Positions 1 to 12,900 of a stretch of 64,000 nt of DNA are shown in pieces. The position numbers and the translations under genes were made by a program. This stretch comes from Eutreptiella sp. 'Long Island Sound 2002'. Taxonomy: Eukaryota; Protista; Euglenida. The notes beneath the pieces are model-generated. The model saw only the letters and a program-made list of their open reading frames with translations, had not been told where the DNA came from and made no database searches. Positions within the stretch are counted from its first letter, which is position 1. Each line of letters opens with the position of its first letter. Location: positions 54,560,001 to 54,624,000 of the forward strand of contig OZ038378.1 in the NCBI GenBank assembly GCA_964036045.1, read 5' to 3'.

Positions 1-205
1 TTACCCTGGTCGGGACGACCCATGACACCTCACTGTTGTATGCGGCGACCCGGGGCAGGCGGGTGAAGCATCCTTGTCCGACCCTCATGCACGGGGGCAG
101 TACGGCTCACCATCAGGCCGGCACGACCTGTCACATCGCGTTGGCCGTCATACGCCGCCTGCCAGTTCCGCACAATCAGGCCGTGAAGGCACTGCTTCTC
201 TGGCG

Positions 206-3200
206 CTACCCCCTCCGCTGCGTCCAGCGTAGGGACGGTAGCTGGTGCACCCACAATTCCCAACCCCATCTATCTGCACCCCCGGCTCCCACCACGCCGT
301 CACCATTTCCTCCGCGATGCCACAACCAGAGTATCCGTGAGTCGCCCTCCAGAGCCGCCCACCACAGCATCAGGGGCAGGGCCGCAGACGGCGCTCCAGG
401 GCACCGTACCCCTTCCACTCGGACGCTCTTGAGGCCACCCTGGATAGTCTTCCAGGCACTAGAGGACATCTGTCCAGAGTGCCGCAGTGCCCACCTCGCC
501 TTAGGCCATCCCCTATCGGCACGCTCCTTACATGTCCCACACAGCGGGACGGAGGCACACTGATGAACCCAAACTGACACTGTTTCCCCGCACCCGTGGC
601 ATCGCTGCGGAAGCACAGACCGCGACGGAACGCAGCTACCATCACAACACTGCGACCACAGGTCCTGCCATACATCGCAGCACGCGTCCTGGAGTCCGAG
701 CAAAGCACCCGCCAGCGTGCGTGCTGTGGCACAACTGAGGAGGCTGCGCCTCGCTTCCTCCCACGTGGACACCGGGCGGAGTATCGGTTGCCCGTCGGGC
801 ATCACCGGCAGGCTCTCAAGCAGCCGGGGCCACCGCGCCACTTTGGGACTGTGTGTGCCATGTGCCAGGAGCTCCCAACCGTAGTCCCGTAAGACCTCCC
901 CGATGACATCAACCCCGTCCTGCTCCGGGCCCCTGGCGGAAGCCGGAACCAAGCGTTGTCCTCCCGCCCGAGCCTCAATGACCGCCTCGAGGCCCAGGGT
1001 GTCAAGGGTGTGACGGGCATCGGCAGCCACGTGGTCGTCCCCCTCTGGCAGAGAGAACATGGCCTCCGTGACGTGGCCCTGCGCGTCGTCGCCCTGTACC
1101 CGTGCCAGCTGCTTGGAGCCCACTAACACCGCCATGGACCGCTGCTCCGTGACCGCTGGTACGGCTCGTCGCAGCTGCCGGTCATACAACCACAACGTAC
1201 CCACGTCATGTACGACAGCCACCGCCAGGATTGGGAGACTGCACAGAGGTTGCTGAAGGACCGGCAGCACCTCGCGAGGCCAGCCCATGACGTTCCCCAC
1301 AGCTGGATGGTTGGCGTACACCTGAAGCCAGGGATCACTCTGGCCGTCAGGGCTTCTCACCTTGGTACCACGCACCTGGGCCCACGATTGCGCCGACACC
1401 ACGCGGGACCACTCCCTGAACGTCGTGATGTCCCGCGCCACCCAGGAACCGATCCACAGGTCGAAGGCCTGCGCCACCGCCGCCATCCAGTGAGGGAACA
1501 AGGACAGGGCCTCTTCATGCTCGATGCACGACCGCGACAGCAGCAGTGCGTGCAGCGGTGCCCTCTGAAAGGTTGCCCGCAGGTCGCCGGGGTGGCCGGC
1601 AAACGGGTTCCACGGCGGACGCTGCAGGATCCTCCCTGCCGGCGGGCAGAAGGGTGTGTCACCGCGCAGGAACGCGTATACCGCCCTCCTTCGATCTTGC
1701 ATCGGCAGCTGCATGATCTGGGTGAGCCGATGGTTCCTGCGGGCATACACATCTTCCCCAATCTGGACCATGTCCTCCACAAAGAGCCTGGCCTTGGCAG
1801 GGGCCCGGGACGACGCCGCTCGCACCGCAGCGAACAGCCGCTTCAGGTCCCCGGGGACGACACCCGCCATCAGGGATTCAGTCCACCTGCAGCCATGCTC
1901 CCTCCACGCCACGAACTCCACCGCCCTGTCTGTCAGGGGTAGCTCCGCCGTGAACTCCTCCAGACACCTGCACAGGAGCCCAGCCACCTCCTCGTCCCGC
2001 GCACACAATAGGCGCATGTGGCCAATGTCCTCCGGCCCCCCACAGAAGATACAGGGGTGGGCTGGTATTGCCATACGCGTGAGCTTTTGTCTCCACCGTC
2101 GCATGACCTGCATGGTGGACAAGCGACCGTCACGTGCCCGCAGCATATTCCTGTGCGTTGGGCCGTGGTGCACAGCTCCCAGGGGCATCGCCTCGCAGGC
2201 GCCAGCCAGTGGCGTGTGCGCCCTGGTGCGAGCCGCTAGCGAACGCCACTGCATCTCCCGGACTTGCTGAAGGGCTTGCATGGATGGCACACGCGGCTCG
2301 AGCTCACCATTGTCCCCCGGCACCAAGAGGATGGCGTGCTCCTTTGGCAGGACAAGATGGACAGGCGGGGCCATTGCACGGGCCGCGGCAGAGTCCGGTG
2401 CCTCGAGCGGGACCGCCGCCAAGTGCGAGCTCTGCCTCACCACCCAGTGGTGCGGCCCCCCAACTCGGCGCGGCAGCCGCCGCAGCCCCTCCACTATCCA
2501 GCTCAGTGCGTGCTGATTGACCAGATGTGATGTCGGCCCCTTGATGCCACGGTACAAGGCCTCCTGCGCCCTGCGGAGATGCGCTCCTATGACGGACGCA
2601 TCCACCACGTGTACCGTGCACGCCGACGGGGGCGTGTGCAACAAGTACGCCGCCGCACATTGTTTCTCTGCCTCCGGGACCGTGCCGTAGATGGCACCCG
2701 TTCACGTGGGGATTCCGTGGTTGGCCGCCGCCACGTTTGTGGCGTCGTCTCCCTGGGGCGACGCGTCCGGCGATGTGACTTTAGTCGCCACCGGCACCCA
2801 GCAGTACCGGTGGGGCTCCAGCCACGCCACGTCGGAGTGGGGGCTCTGCACCACCTTTCCCAGGGACGCCGCACTGGAGGCCGTGAGCTCCGGGGACAGG
2901 ACCACCCTCGGTCGATATACCGCGTGTGGTCTCCAGGCCAGGTCACATCCGCAGACTGACTTTATGGCGTCCAGGGCGGTGGTATACTCCGCTCCCCAAA
3001 CTGTTGCGGAGCAGGAAGGCTGGTATACCACCACAGACCCCTGCTCCGCTGCGCCGCCGTCACGCAACGACGTGACGGCGACGTGTGGATCGCGTGGCAC
3101 GTTGGACATCCGGACCACTTCCGGGACCGAGTACTCATCCGGATCCGGGATTGGGCCTGCTGGCAGCAGAAGGACAATTGCCCACTCGCAGCACCTGCGC

Positions 3201-4261
3201 ACCGCCGCGCACGCCCTGGAAAACGCTGGCCGCCCGTGCACAACCCACAGTGGTGGCGGGCTTATGCCGCCCCCGGCGTGTGGTGTGAGCAGGGGGACGG
3301 ACGCCGGATCGTCTTGCTGTTGGTAGCCCTCAAAGACGTCCCCCAATAGAAACAGGAGGGCGGCTAGCGGGACGAACGGCATGGACATCCCCGGGTTGGC
3401 TGGGTCCCATCCTTCCTCCCTGTATCCGCCCACCACATACACGTCCCCCGCAGCGGACTGTCTATTGCGTTTGCTGGCCTTCTTTCGGCGCACCGGGTGT
3501 ATTAGCCGGTGAGTTAACGGACCGGGCAGCTGCGGCCGGAAGACGTCGCGGAGCCCCGTGAGCCACACGTGGTCCAGCTGGTGGGGCCCTACTCCCGCGT
3601 GCGGAAGGTGCAGGTGGTCCTCATGGCACTCCTGAAGCTGGACAGCCCAGTGCCCAGGCGTAGGGCAGGGGAGCCGCGCATGCAGGAGGTCATTTGCGGG
3701 ATCAGTCAGGGACTGTACTGTCGCATCTGTGCGGGGCCCCGAGAGAACGCAGATGTCCCTACCCTTGAAGGTATAGGATTGGGACACCCACTTCCGCCCC
3801 GCCCACTGCACTTGCGGCAGATGGGCGTGTACACACGAGTACACCGACGATGGCATGAGAAGTCCTACGCGCAACGTCCCCATCGCCCGGAGTACCCTGT
3901 CCACCCACGTATTGCCAGCGTGTGTGGTGAATGACGCAGAGGGCACCATGAACTGCCCGCACTCTCCGTACAGCACGTGCATGTCTCGGAGCATGGCCCG
4001 CAGCTCATCCCGGACTGTCGTCGACCTGTGTTGGGTGAGCTGAGCCATGGTCGCCATGACGGAGTCGCGGCATATAACCTGGACATCCGCCAACCGTAAC
4101 CCATGACCCAACCGCACTGCCACGTTGGACAGGTCCTTGGGCAGCTTCTCGAACTGCAGGGCCGCAGCCTTGATGGCAGTATTCAGCTTGATCACCGCCT
4201 CCGCCGTGTCGGACAGGTAGGGCGCCGCGTACCGCACGATGCCTCCAACCACAAGTGACAT
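206..4261 (-). mobile_element. 5'-truncated non-LTR retrotransposon ORF2: post-RT thumb region, RNase H, CCHC zinc motif, long C-terminal tail; one in-frame TGA at 2702-2704
   Basis: ORFs 2702..4261 and 206..2644 are in the same frame, separated by one stop. Motifs: post-RT LVVGGIVRYAAP; RNase H-like SPDASPQG..GTVPEAE..HVVDAS..WVVRQSSH..EAPDSAA; CIFCGGPEDIGHMRLLC. Confidence 0.85.
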
Positions 4262-4395
4262 GAGCCCTTTTTGGAGCTTGTTTTGACAATATTTAGGCCC
4301 TTCCGCGACATGTATGCACCAAGTTGTACCCGTCGCACATACCTTACAGCCATGTTTTAAAGCTCCTAGAGTTGGGGAGAGGGGTGTAGACTAGA

Positions 4396-4426
4396 GATTA
4401 TATACATATACATGTACATATATACA

Positions 4427-4458
<32 letters not shown>

Positions 4459-4465
4459 CATATAC

Positions 4466-4537
<72 letters not shown>
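4396..4537. repeat. Compound microsatellite (TA/TACA)n followed by (TG)n
   Basis: Read directly from sequence. Confidence 0.97.
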
Positions 4538-4540
<3 letters not shown>

Positions 4541-4544
4541 GGTT

Positions 4545-4715
4545 TGGGGGCTATTTTGGGCGAAAATGGCTGTTTTTGGCCCAAAACAGCGCAGATTTGG
4601 GAGGGCACCTCCCGACTTGGCGCCACCGCCCCGGGCCGCCACTGGTGAGTTTTTGGCTCAAAACTTGGATTTGGCAAGGGCACCACCTAGGCTCCAAGAT
4701 GGCTACATGGGCAAA
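4545..4715 (+). repeat. Dispersed repeat, copy 1, with GC-rich hairpin; second copy at 13326-13490
   Basis: GAGGGCACCTCC(C/T)GACTTGGCGCC..GCCACTGGTG.GTTTTTGGCTCAAAA..AGGGCACCAC.TAGGCTC..GATGGCTA is shared by both loci. Confidence 0.8.
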
Positions 4716-4802
4716 TGATCCGAAGCGTTGGGACGGAGCAATGGCCAAAACGCCAAGGAGACGTGTTGTTGTTGCTTGTTGCTTGTTGCTTGTTGTTAGC
4801 TA

Positions 4803-4988
<186 letters not shown>

Positions 4989-5277
4989 TTCTGTATGAGT
5001 GTCTGTTTTTTTCGACTCATGCAGGAACTTTTGATGGATCCTCCCCGGCGACCACGGGCCGCGGAGGGTACAGTGTAACCCTGGCCGGAGGGCAGCCGGG
5101 TCTTGCCAGGGCTGCGCCCCCCGCGACATTTGGAATGGCCAGCCGCGGCAGCGGCTCGTGCGGGGGCTGTGACAGCGGCGGGCAGCCGCACCGTGGTGCC
5201 CTAGAGAAGCAGCACATCACGCGGCACGATAACTGGTGCACTTTGTGAGACGGCCCAAAGGTTCCCGACGCGAAACG

Positions 5278-5715
5278 GGTGGGCGAGGTGCGTGTCATGC
5301 ACAGTGCTTGCAAATTGTCGTGCATTGTGCTTTGCGTAGTGTGCGTGAACCGCCGGAGGAGGCAATGGCAAGGTGACCGGAGGGAGGAGGTTACACAAAC
5401 AACAAACAAAGTGTGCGTGAACCGCCGGCGGGGGCAATGGCAAGGTGACCGGAGGGAGGAGGTTACACAAACAACAAACAAGCCCACAGAACGGGCGCGG
5501 AAAGGGAGAAGGAGAAGTGGGAAATGGTTGCCTGGCAAAATGCACAGCACAGTGCGGACACGGACAGAGGGGGCAGGAGGAGGACGGGGGGGGGTGGGGT
5601 GAGGGCGCCAGGAGGGAGGACACAGAGCAGCCGGGCACAGAGGTAGAAAGGTGAAGACTGGGGCAGGGCAGAGTATGCCTCGTATAGTGTTGTGCACAGT
5701 GTCCTCGCGTAGCGT
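5278..5715 (+). repeat. ~400-bp repeat directly upstream of LHC coding sequence, with an internal 70-bp tandem duplication (5339-5480); paralog at 9137-9495
   Basis: Both copies share GAGGTGCGTG..GTGCTT..CATAGTG(C/T)..CCGGAGG and end with GCAGGGCAG.GT.TGCCTCGTA(T/C)AGTGT. Confidence 0.75.
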
Positions 5716-7230
5716 TGTCCATCTTGCGCGTCTGGATCTGCTCCACCCTGGTGAAGCCTTCGACCCTCTTGTTTTGGATGACAACCCTGACACGTTCGCT
5801 GAGCTGAAGGTGAAGGAGATCAAGAACGGCCGCTTGGCTATATCTATGTTCGGCTACTACGTGCAGGCCATGGCGACTGTAGAGAGTCTAGTAGAGAGCT
5901 GGGCCTCCCACATCGCCGACCCGTTCGCCGTGAAAGCTATGACCAGCGCCAATGATACCACTTTCGCTCGTTCCCCTGTGGCCATGTTCGCCACCGCTGC
6001 CTGGTATGGCCCTAAGCGCAAAAAGTGGTTGGGCCCATTCTCTGATGCCTCCACCACTGGCTACCTCACCGGTGAGTACCCTGGTGACTACGGGTGGGAC
6101 GCCGCAAGTTTGGCTGCTGACCCCACCACCCTCGCCGCGTACCGTGAGGCCGAGTTGATCCACGCTCGTTGGGCTATGTTGGGCACTTTGGGCTGCTTGA
6201 CCCCTGAGTTGTTGTCCAAGTACGCTGGTGTGCAGATCGATGAGCCTGTGTGGTTCAAGGCTGGTGCTCCTATCTTCCCTAACGGCGGTCTACACTACCT
6301 TGGCATCTCCAACGTGGTGCACTCCTAGACCATCCTTGCTTTCGCGGCCTGCCAATTTGTCCTGATGGGTGCCTTTGAGGCCTACCGTGTGACGGGTGGT
6401 GCTCTGCGCGTTAATCTGCATCTGCACCACCATGCACCACCCTGGTGAAGCCTTCGACCCTCTAGTTTTGGCTGACGACCCTGACACTTTCGCTGAGCTG
6501 AAGGTGAAGGAGATCAAGACCGGCAGCATGGTTGTGTTCTCTATGTCGGGCTACAACGTGCAAGCCATGGCGACTGGTGAGGGTCCCATTGAGAGCTTGG
6601 CCTCCCACATCGCCGACCCATTCGCCGTGAAAGGTATGACCAGCGCCCGTGTTACCCTGTTCGTTCCTTCCCCTGCGGCCACGTTCGCCACCGCTGCCTG
6701 GTATGGCCCGGAGCGCAACACGTGGTTGGGCCCATTCTCGGATGCCTCCTCCCCTGACTACCTCACTGGTGAGTACCCTGGTGACTACGGTTGGGACTCT
6801 GCCGGTTTGGCTGCTGACCCCACCACCCTCGCCGCATACCGTGAGGCCGAGTTGATCCACGCTCGTTGGGCTATGTTGGGCACTTTGGGCTGCTTGACCC
6901 GTGAGTTGTTGGCCAAGTACGCTGGTGTGCAGATCGATGAGCCTGTGTGGTTCAAGGCACGTGCTCATATCTTCTCTGAGGGCGGCCTTGGCTACCTTGA
7001 CAGCTGCAACTTGGTGCACGCCCGGTCCATCCTTGCTATCGCAGCCTGCCAGTTAGTCTTGATGCGTGCCTTTGAGGCCTATCGTGTGAAGGGTGGTCCT
7101 CTGCGCGTGAATCTGTACGTGCTCCACCCTGGTGCAGCCTTCGCCCCTCTGGTTTTGGCTGACGACCCTGATACTTTCGCTGAGCTGCAAGGGAAGGAGA
7201 TCAAGAACGGCCGTTTGGCTATGGTCTATG

Positions 7231-8715
7231 GTAGGGCGGCATAACCCTTGCCCTCTTGGTCCCCAATAGGGGGAGGAATGAATATGGTTGCATAACCCCT
7301 ACTTTCTCGGTGAGGAGTGATTATGGCTGCATATCCCGCTCATTCTCAGCATCCCCGTAGATAGGAGAATGGATAATGGAAGAGAGCAGAGACTAAAAGA
7401 CTCTAACAAACAAACAGCGCCAGAACAATGGTGCGTCACTGTCACCCAAGCATCCTGGGGCCACTGAGAACGCCGAAGTCAACGAATCACAACAAAAGAG
7501 GTAGGAAAGGTTTGGTCAGCATTCCAGGCCGTCTTGCTGTGCTAGGACAGCCCTATGCAGTTTCGGTCTCAGGTTGGCCGGGTACAAAATATGAGAGGAC
7601 CACGCAGGTACTAACAGCCCTGCGAGTGAATACCGGACAAAACCCCTTTGGCCGTATGTCCACTGTGCTTCCTGGGAATGATGTGGCCAAAAAATTGTGT
7701 GGTGCAGAACGGGACCACAATCGACAAGTTCCAGGTTCGTGCAAGGCTTGCGGTGGAACGGGCTGGGGGCGTACCCTCTCCTCCACGGCATCAGTCCATA
7801 GCGCTGCAACAGTATCCAACTCCGACCGCGGCCGCAACGCTTTTGTAACGGCCGCCCCCGCTTCCCAACCGCTTCCCCAAGCGTGGCCGACTTGTGCAAG
7901 CGTCTCATGCACCAAAAGAGGCGACCAGAAGCCATTGGGGTCATCGTCTGCTCTCCGAAGGGCACTGGATTACTATAGGGCTGGTTCGTAGTGCTGAAGC
8001 ATGTTGGTTTGTCGGACCCACCGGTCTTTGTGTAACCGTACTTGTTTCCAGGTATCGAAGGTCATGGGCCAAGCACTGGCGGTGAAATGTTCAACAACGA
8101 ACCCAGCTCAAATTGACTGACCACAACATACGATAGGACACCCCCCCCAAGGGTGGCCACGCCCTCACCGTGACACACTGTAAAAGACGTACAGTCGGGG
8201 TGTGCGAAACGCACTTGATTCCAAGTGTGCGGGCCAGTGGGCCGACATGCTCCAAAAATGTGTACAATACCTGCCATATGAAACACATCCCATTATACGT
8301 ACACTCTGCGCCATTTCCCACACACACGTCCACCACCCCTGCTACTCTCCTCATTTATGTTGCAGTCCACACGTATTTGCCCGCGCGTTCGTTGGAAAGA
8401 CGACGTTAGCCTCCACTCAACAACTCAGAAAACACGCCACCGCCACCGCGGCCAGCACTGAAGACCCCAGCTTTCATGACCTGTTACGGAACACGGCCGA
8501 GTTGCACTGGACCCTCGTGCCAGTTGAAGTGGTAGACGGCGTCGAACTGGGTGTTATCGGGAAAGGTCATGGTGGCACACCATGCACACGTGCCCCAGGA
8601 GCGCCATGCCCAAGCCCGTGCACCCACTACGAAGTCATGGTTCCCGATTACTGGTTCAGGGGAACCATTACTTCCGAATCACTAGCCCCGACACATTACA
8701 CTACACTACACTACA
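7231..8715. mobile_element. Composite ~1.5-kb insertion in LHC helix 3, ending in a (CTACA)n tail
   Basis: LHC breaks after KNGRLAM and resumes at [11 protein letters not shown] (8716); the tail ACATTACACTACACTACACTACACTAC merges into the LHC CTACG. Confidence 0.8.
8090..8300 (-). pseudogene. Frameshifted C-terminal fragment of an A/B-family RAG1/Transib-like transposase
   Basis: Combined frames give FLEHVGPLARTWNQ..PTV..TVCHG, resembling SAKQLGQCW..ATVWVHWTVCHSG of element B. Confidence 0.45.
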
Positions 8716-9496
8716 CTACGTGCAGGCCATCGCAGCTGGTGAGGGTCCCGTTGAGAGGTGGGCCTCCCACATCGCCGACCCATGCGCCGTGAAAGGTATG
8801 ACCAGCGCCCGTGTTACCCTGTTCGCTCCTTCCCCTGTCGCCATGTTCGCCATCGCTACCTGGTATGGCCCTGAGCGCAACAAGTGGTTGAGCCCATTCT
8901 CCGATGCCTCCTCCCCCGACTACCTCGCTGGTGAGTACCCTGGTGACTACGGCTGGGACGCCGCCGGTTTGGCCGCTGACCCCACCACCCTCGCCGCATA
9001 CCGTGAGGCCGAGTTGATCCACGCTCGTTGGGCTATGTTGGGCACTTTGGGCTGCTTGACCCGTGAGTTGTTGGCCAAGTACGCTGGCGTGCAGTACAAT
9101 GCGTTTGTGTGCGTCCAGGCTTTCTGAGTGTTTGACAGGTGGCCAAGGTGCGTGTTGTGCACCGTGCTTCGCAATTTGTCATGCATAGTGCTTCGCATAG
9201 TGCGCCCTAACCACCGGAGGCGGCAGAAGCAGGTCAACCAGAAGGTATGAGAAGGTGAGGGCAACAGCAACACAGGTGCCCAAACCGCGGGCGCGGAAAA
9301 GGAGAGGAAGGGGCGAGGGGACAGGTATTGCTTCGCGCATTGCTCGCACAAAGCGTGCACAGACCGAGGGGGCGGGAGAAGGACGGATGCGTGGGTACAG
9401 AGCGCCAGGAGGTAGACGCAGCACGGCTAGGTGCATACTGAAGAGTGGCGCAGGGCAGGGTGTGCCTCGTACAGTGTCACACGTAGTGCCTATAGC

Positions 9497-11712
9497 AATG
9501 AACTGGCCTGAGGTGCTGCACGGCCGCTGGGCTATGTTGGGTACACTCTGGTGCCTGACCCCCGAGGTGCTGCTAAAGTACACTGCCGTCAACAATTGTG
9601 CCAGCAAAGGTGTTTGGTTCAAGGCTGGTGCCATGTTCTTCGTGTCTGATGGCTTGAAGTACAAGGGTGCCCCCGTGTTGATGCGCGCCCAGTCCATTCT
9701 TGCCGTGGTGGCCTGCTAAGTTGTCCTCATGGGTGCCATCGAGGCTTACCGTGTGAACGATGGTCCATTCGGTGGACGTGACCTTGATCTGGTGTACCCT
9801 GGTGGCAAGTGATTTGACCCTCTGGGTTTGGCCGACGACCCTGATGTGGTTGCCAAGCTGATGGTGAAGGAGATCAAGAACGGCCGTTTGGCGATGCTCT
9901 CCATGTCTGGCTACTGCGTGCAGGCTGCCGTCACCGGCCAGGGCGCTGTTGAGAACTGGGCCTCCCACATTGTTGATCCGTTTGCGGTGGACAGGTAAAC
10001 CCTTGAGATTGCTACCTAGTACACGCCATCTGTTGCCTTGTTCGCAGCTGCTAGGAAGAAGAAGGCCGCCGCCCCCAAAGTGGATTTGTCGGGCTGCTAT
10101 GGCCCTGAATGCAAGAAGTGGTTGGGCCCTAACGCTGCGGGCAGCAGCGTCCTAGACTACTTGACCGATGAGTACCCTGGTGACTACGGTTGGGACAGTG
10201 CTGGGCTGCAGCAGACCCCAAGACTTTGGGGCGCCTCTGTGAGGCTGAGCTGCTGCACGATCGCTGGGCTATGTTGGGTACTCACTGCTGCATGACCCCC
10301 GAGCTTCAGCACAGGTGGACTGCCATCGACAATGGTGCCAACAAAGATGTGTGGTTCAAGGCTGGTGCCATGATCTTCGGGTCTGATGGCTTGAACCACA
10401 TGGGTGCCATCGTGTTGGTGCGCGCCTATACCACCCTTGCCGTGTTGGCCTGCCAAGTTGTCCTGATGGGTGCAATCGAGGCTTACCGTGTGAACAGTGG
10501 TCCATTCGGTGGACGTGACCTGGATCTGGTGTACCCTGGTGGCAAGCAATTTGACCCTCTGGGTTTGGCCGACGACCCTTATGTGGCTGCCGAGCTGAAG
10601 GTGAAGCCGATCAGGAAGGGCCACTTGGCATTGCTCTCCGTGTTCGGCTACTGCGTGCAAGCTGCCGTCACTAGCCAAGGCCCTGTTGAGAATTGGGCCT
10701 CCCACATTGCAGATCTGTTTGCGGTGAACAGGTTGACCCTTGACATTGCTGCCCAGTACACGCCACTTGTTGCCATGTTCGCAGTTGCTGCGAAGAAGAA
10801 GGCCGCTGCCCCCAAGGTGGATTTGTCGGGCTAGTATGGCCCTGATTGCAAGAAGTGGTTGGGCCCTAACACTGCGGGCAGCTACGTCCCTCACTACTTG
10901 ACCGATGAGTACCCTGGTGACTACAGTAGGGACAGCGCTGGGCTTGCAACAGGCCCCATAACCTTCGAGCGCCTCAGCAAGGCTGAGGTGCTGCAAGATC
11001 GCTGGGCTATGTTGGGGACTCTCTGATGCCTGACCCCCGAGCTGCAGCAGAAATGGACTGCCATCAACAATGGTGCCAGCAAAGGTGTCTGGTTCAAGGC
11101 TGGTGCCATTATCTTCGGGTCTGATGGCTTGAACGACATGGGTGCCCCCGTGTTGGTGCGCGCCCAATCCATCCTTGCCGTGTGGGCCTGCCCGGTTGTC
11201 CTGATGGGTGCCATCGAGGCTTACCGTGTGAAAAGTGGTCCATTCGGTGGACGTGACCTTGATCTGGTGTACCCTGGTGGCAAGTGATTTGACCCTCTGG
11301 GTTTGGCCGACGACTGTGATTTGGAAGCCGGTGAAGGTGAAGGAGATCAGGAACGAACGTTTGGCGATGTTCTCCGTGTTCGGTTGCTACGTGCAAGCCG
11401 CCGTCACCGGGCAAGGCCCTGTTGAGAACGGGGCCTCCCACATTGCTGATCCATTTGCGGGAACAGGTTGGCCCTAGAGATTGCCACACAGTACACGCCA
11501 TCTGTTGCCATGTTCACAGCTGCTGGGAAGAAGAAGGCAACCGCCTCCAAGGCGGATTTGTCGGGCTGGTATAGTCCTGACCGCAAGAAGTGGTTGGGCC
11601 CCAACACAACGGACAGCTACGTCCCTGACTACTTGACCGGTGAGTACCCTAGTGACTACGGTTAGGACAGCCCTGGGCCTGCAGCAGGCCCCAAGACCTT
11701 CGAGCCGGCACG
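9497..11712 (+). pseudogene. lhcbm: LHCII polyprotein pseudogene, type-II units: partial, 2 full, partial
   Basis: Units of ~735 bp with TPSVAMFAAAGKKKAAAPKVDLSGWYGP linkers, AEVLHGRWAMLG, GVWFKAG and [16 protein letters not shown]; many stops and frameshifts. Confidence 0.95.
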
Positions 11713-12088
11713 TGGGTAGCATCACCATCTTCAATCTGGTCGTGTGGCTATGCTTGCTGCCTTGATTCTTGGTTGCTGAAGTGCTGCCCCCCTGGGAGTT
11801 GTGCTTGCCTGTTGCAGTGTTGCTGCTCTGCTATGCCTTGCCCCTATACCCCCGGCGGTCCAACGGGTCAGCGCCCGTCGCCGTTGCAAATGCTAAAGCT
11901 TTGTGGTTGCCACTGCCCCCAAAGCCTGGGTGGCCGGTATCCCCCGTCTTCTGGGTCCTCCGTCATGCTGTGAACCACCTCAGGCAGCCCTGGGACCCAC
12001 GGGAGCGAGCAAGGCAGGAACCACCTGTTGGTGCGAGATGCCCGGTAACTCCAGTAGACGCCATGATAAGTGGTTATGACTATGACTA

Positions 12089-12091
<3 letters not shown>

Positions 12092-12143
<52 letters not shown>
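12092..12143. repeat. (TA)n microsatellite
   Basis: Read directly from sequence. Confidence 0.97.
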
Positions 12144-12148
<5 letters not shown>

Positions 12149-12519
12149 AATATGTTAAACCCCCCCCCCCGCTGGAACACACGAGCCGGGGTTAGGTTGG
12201 GGTCGAAGACCACCACCCCTCCTTTTTTGCGATGGAGAATCGCAAAAAAAGTGGTTTCGGGTCCGTTTCACACGCCGCTAGGTTGCTTCGACCATTCAAA
12301 GGTGTTAAAATTAACTTCTTCTCACCGAATGACATGATCCCCCAAAGTGGCCTGAAAATAAAAAAATAGCGCTCTCTACGTCACAAATCCCAGCACCACC
12401 CCATACCATTGCCCTCAATGCCATCCCTTGGATCCATTCCCTGCCCTTTTGCCCCACTTGGGCCAAAGGAGGGGGCACCTACACGCCACGGCTACCACTG
12501 TTTGGGTCAAGCCAAAATG

Positions 12520-12900
12520 GGTTGCCACGGGCTCAAAATGGGCTGAAAACAGTTGCTTGTGCATCCCGAATGGTCCATGATCACGTCTAGAAAAACGCGT
12601 TTTTGACCCAATTTTTGACCCATTTTTGGTCCGTCAACGGCCAATTTTCAAGGCATTTTGGCATTTTGCATGTCCCAAACGTGTCACCATCAGCTCAAAA
12701 TGAGCCAAACAACACTTGTTTGAGCCTCCCGAGTGGTCCATGATCACTTTTGCAAAAATGCGTTGTTGACCCAATTTTGAGCCATTTTTGGTCTCAAAAC
12801 GGCCCCTTTTCAAGGCATTTTCGAGTTTTCATGGGCCAAAAAGCGTCACCACGGGCTCAAAACGGAGTAAAAAAACTTCTTTGAGATACCAAGGGGTTTG
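12520..12900. repeat. 162-bp tandem repeat, ~2.3 copies
   Basis: GCTCAAAA(T/C)G recurs at 12531, 12693 and 12855; shared TGGTCCATGATCAC, TTGACCCAATTTT and TTTCAAGGCATTTT. Confidence 0.85.

Larger units (their letters stand above)
5733..9095 (+). pseudogene. lhcbm: LHCII (LhcbM-type) polyprotein pseudogene, type-I units: partial, full, split by insertion, partial
   Basis: Repeated [45 protein letters not shown] and [10 protein letters not shown]; units joined by [10 protein letters not shown] linkers with a period of ~698 bp; TAG at 6326 and a frameshift near 6420. Confidence 0.95.
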
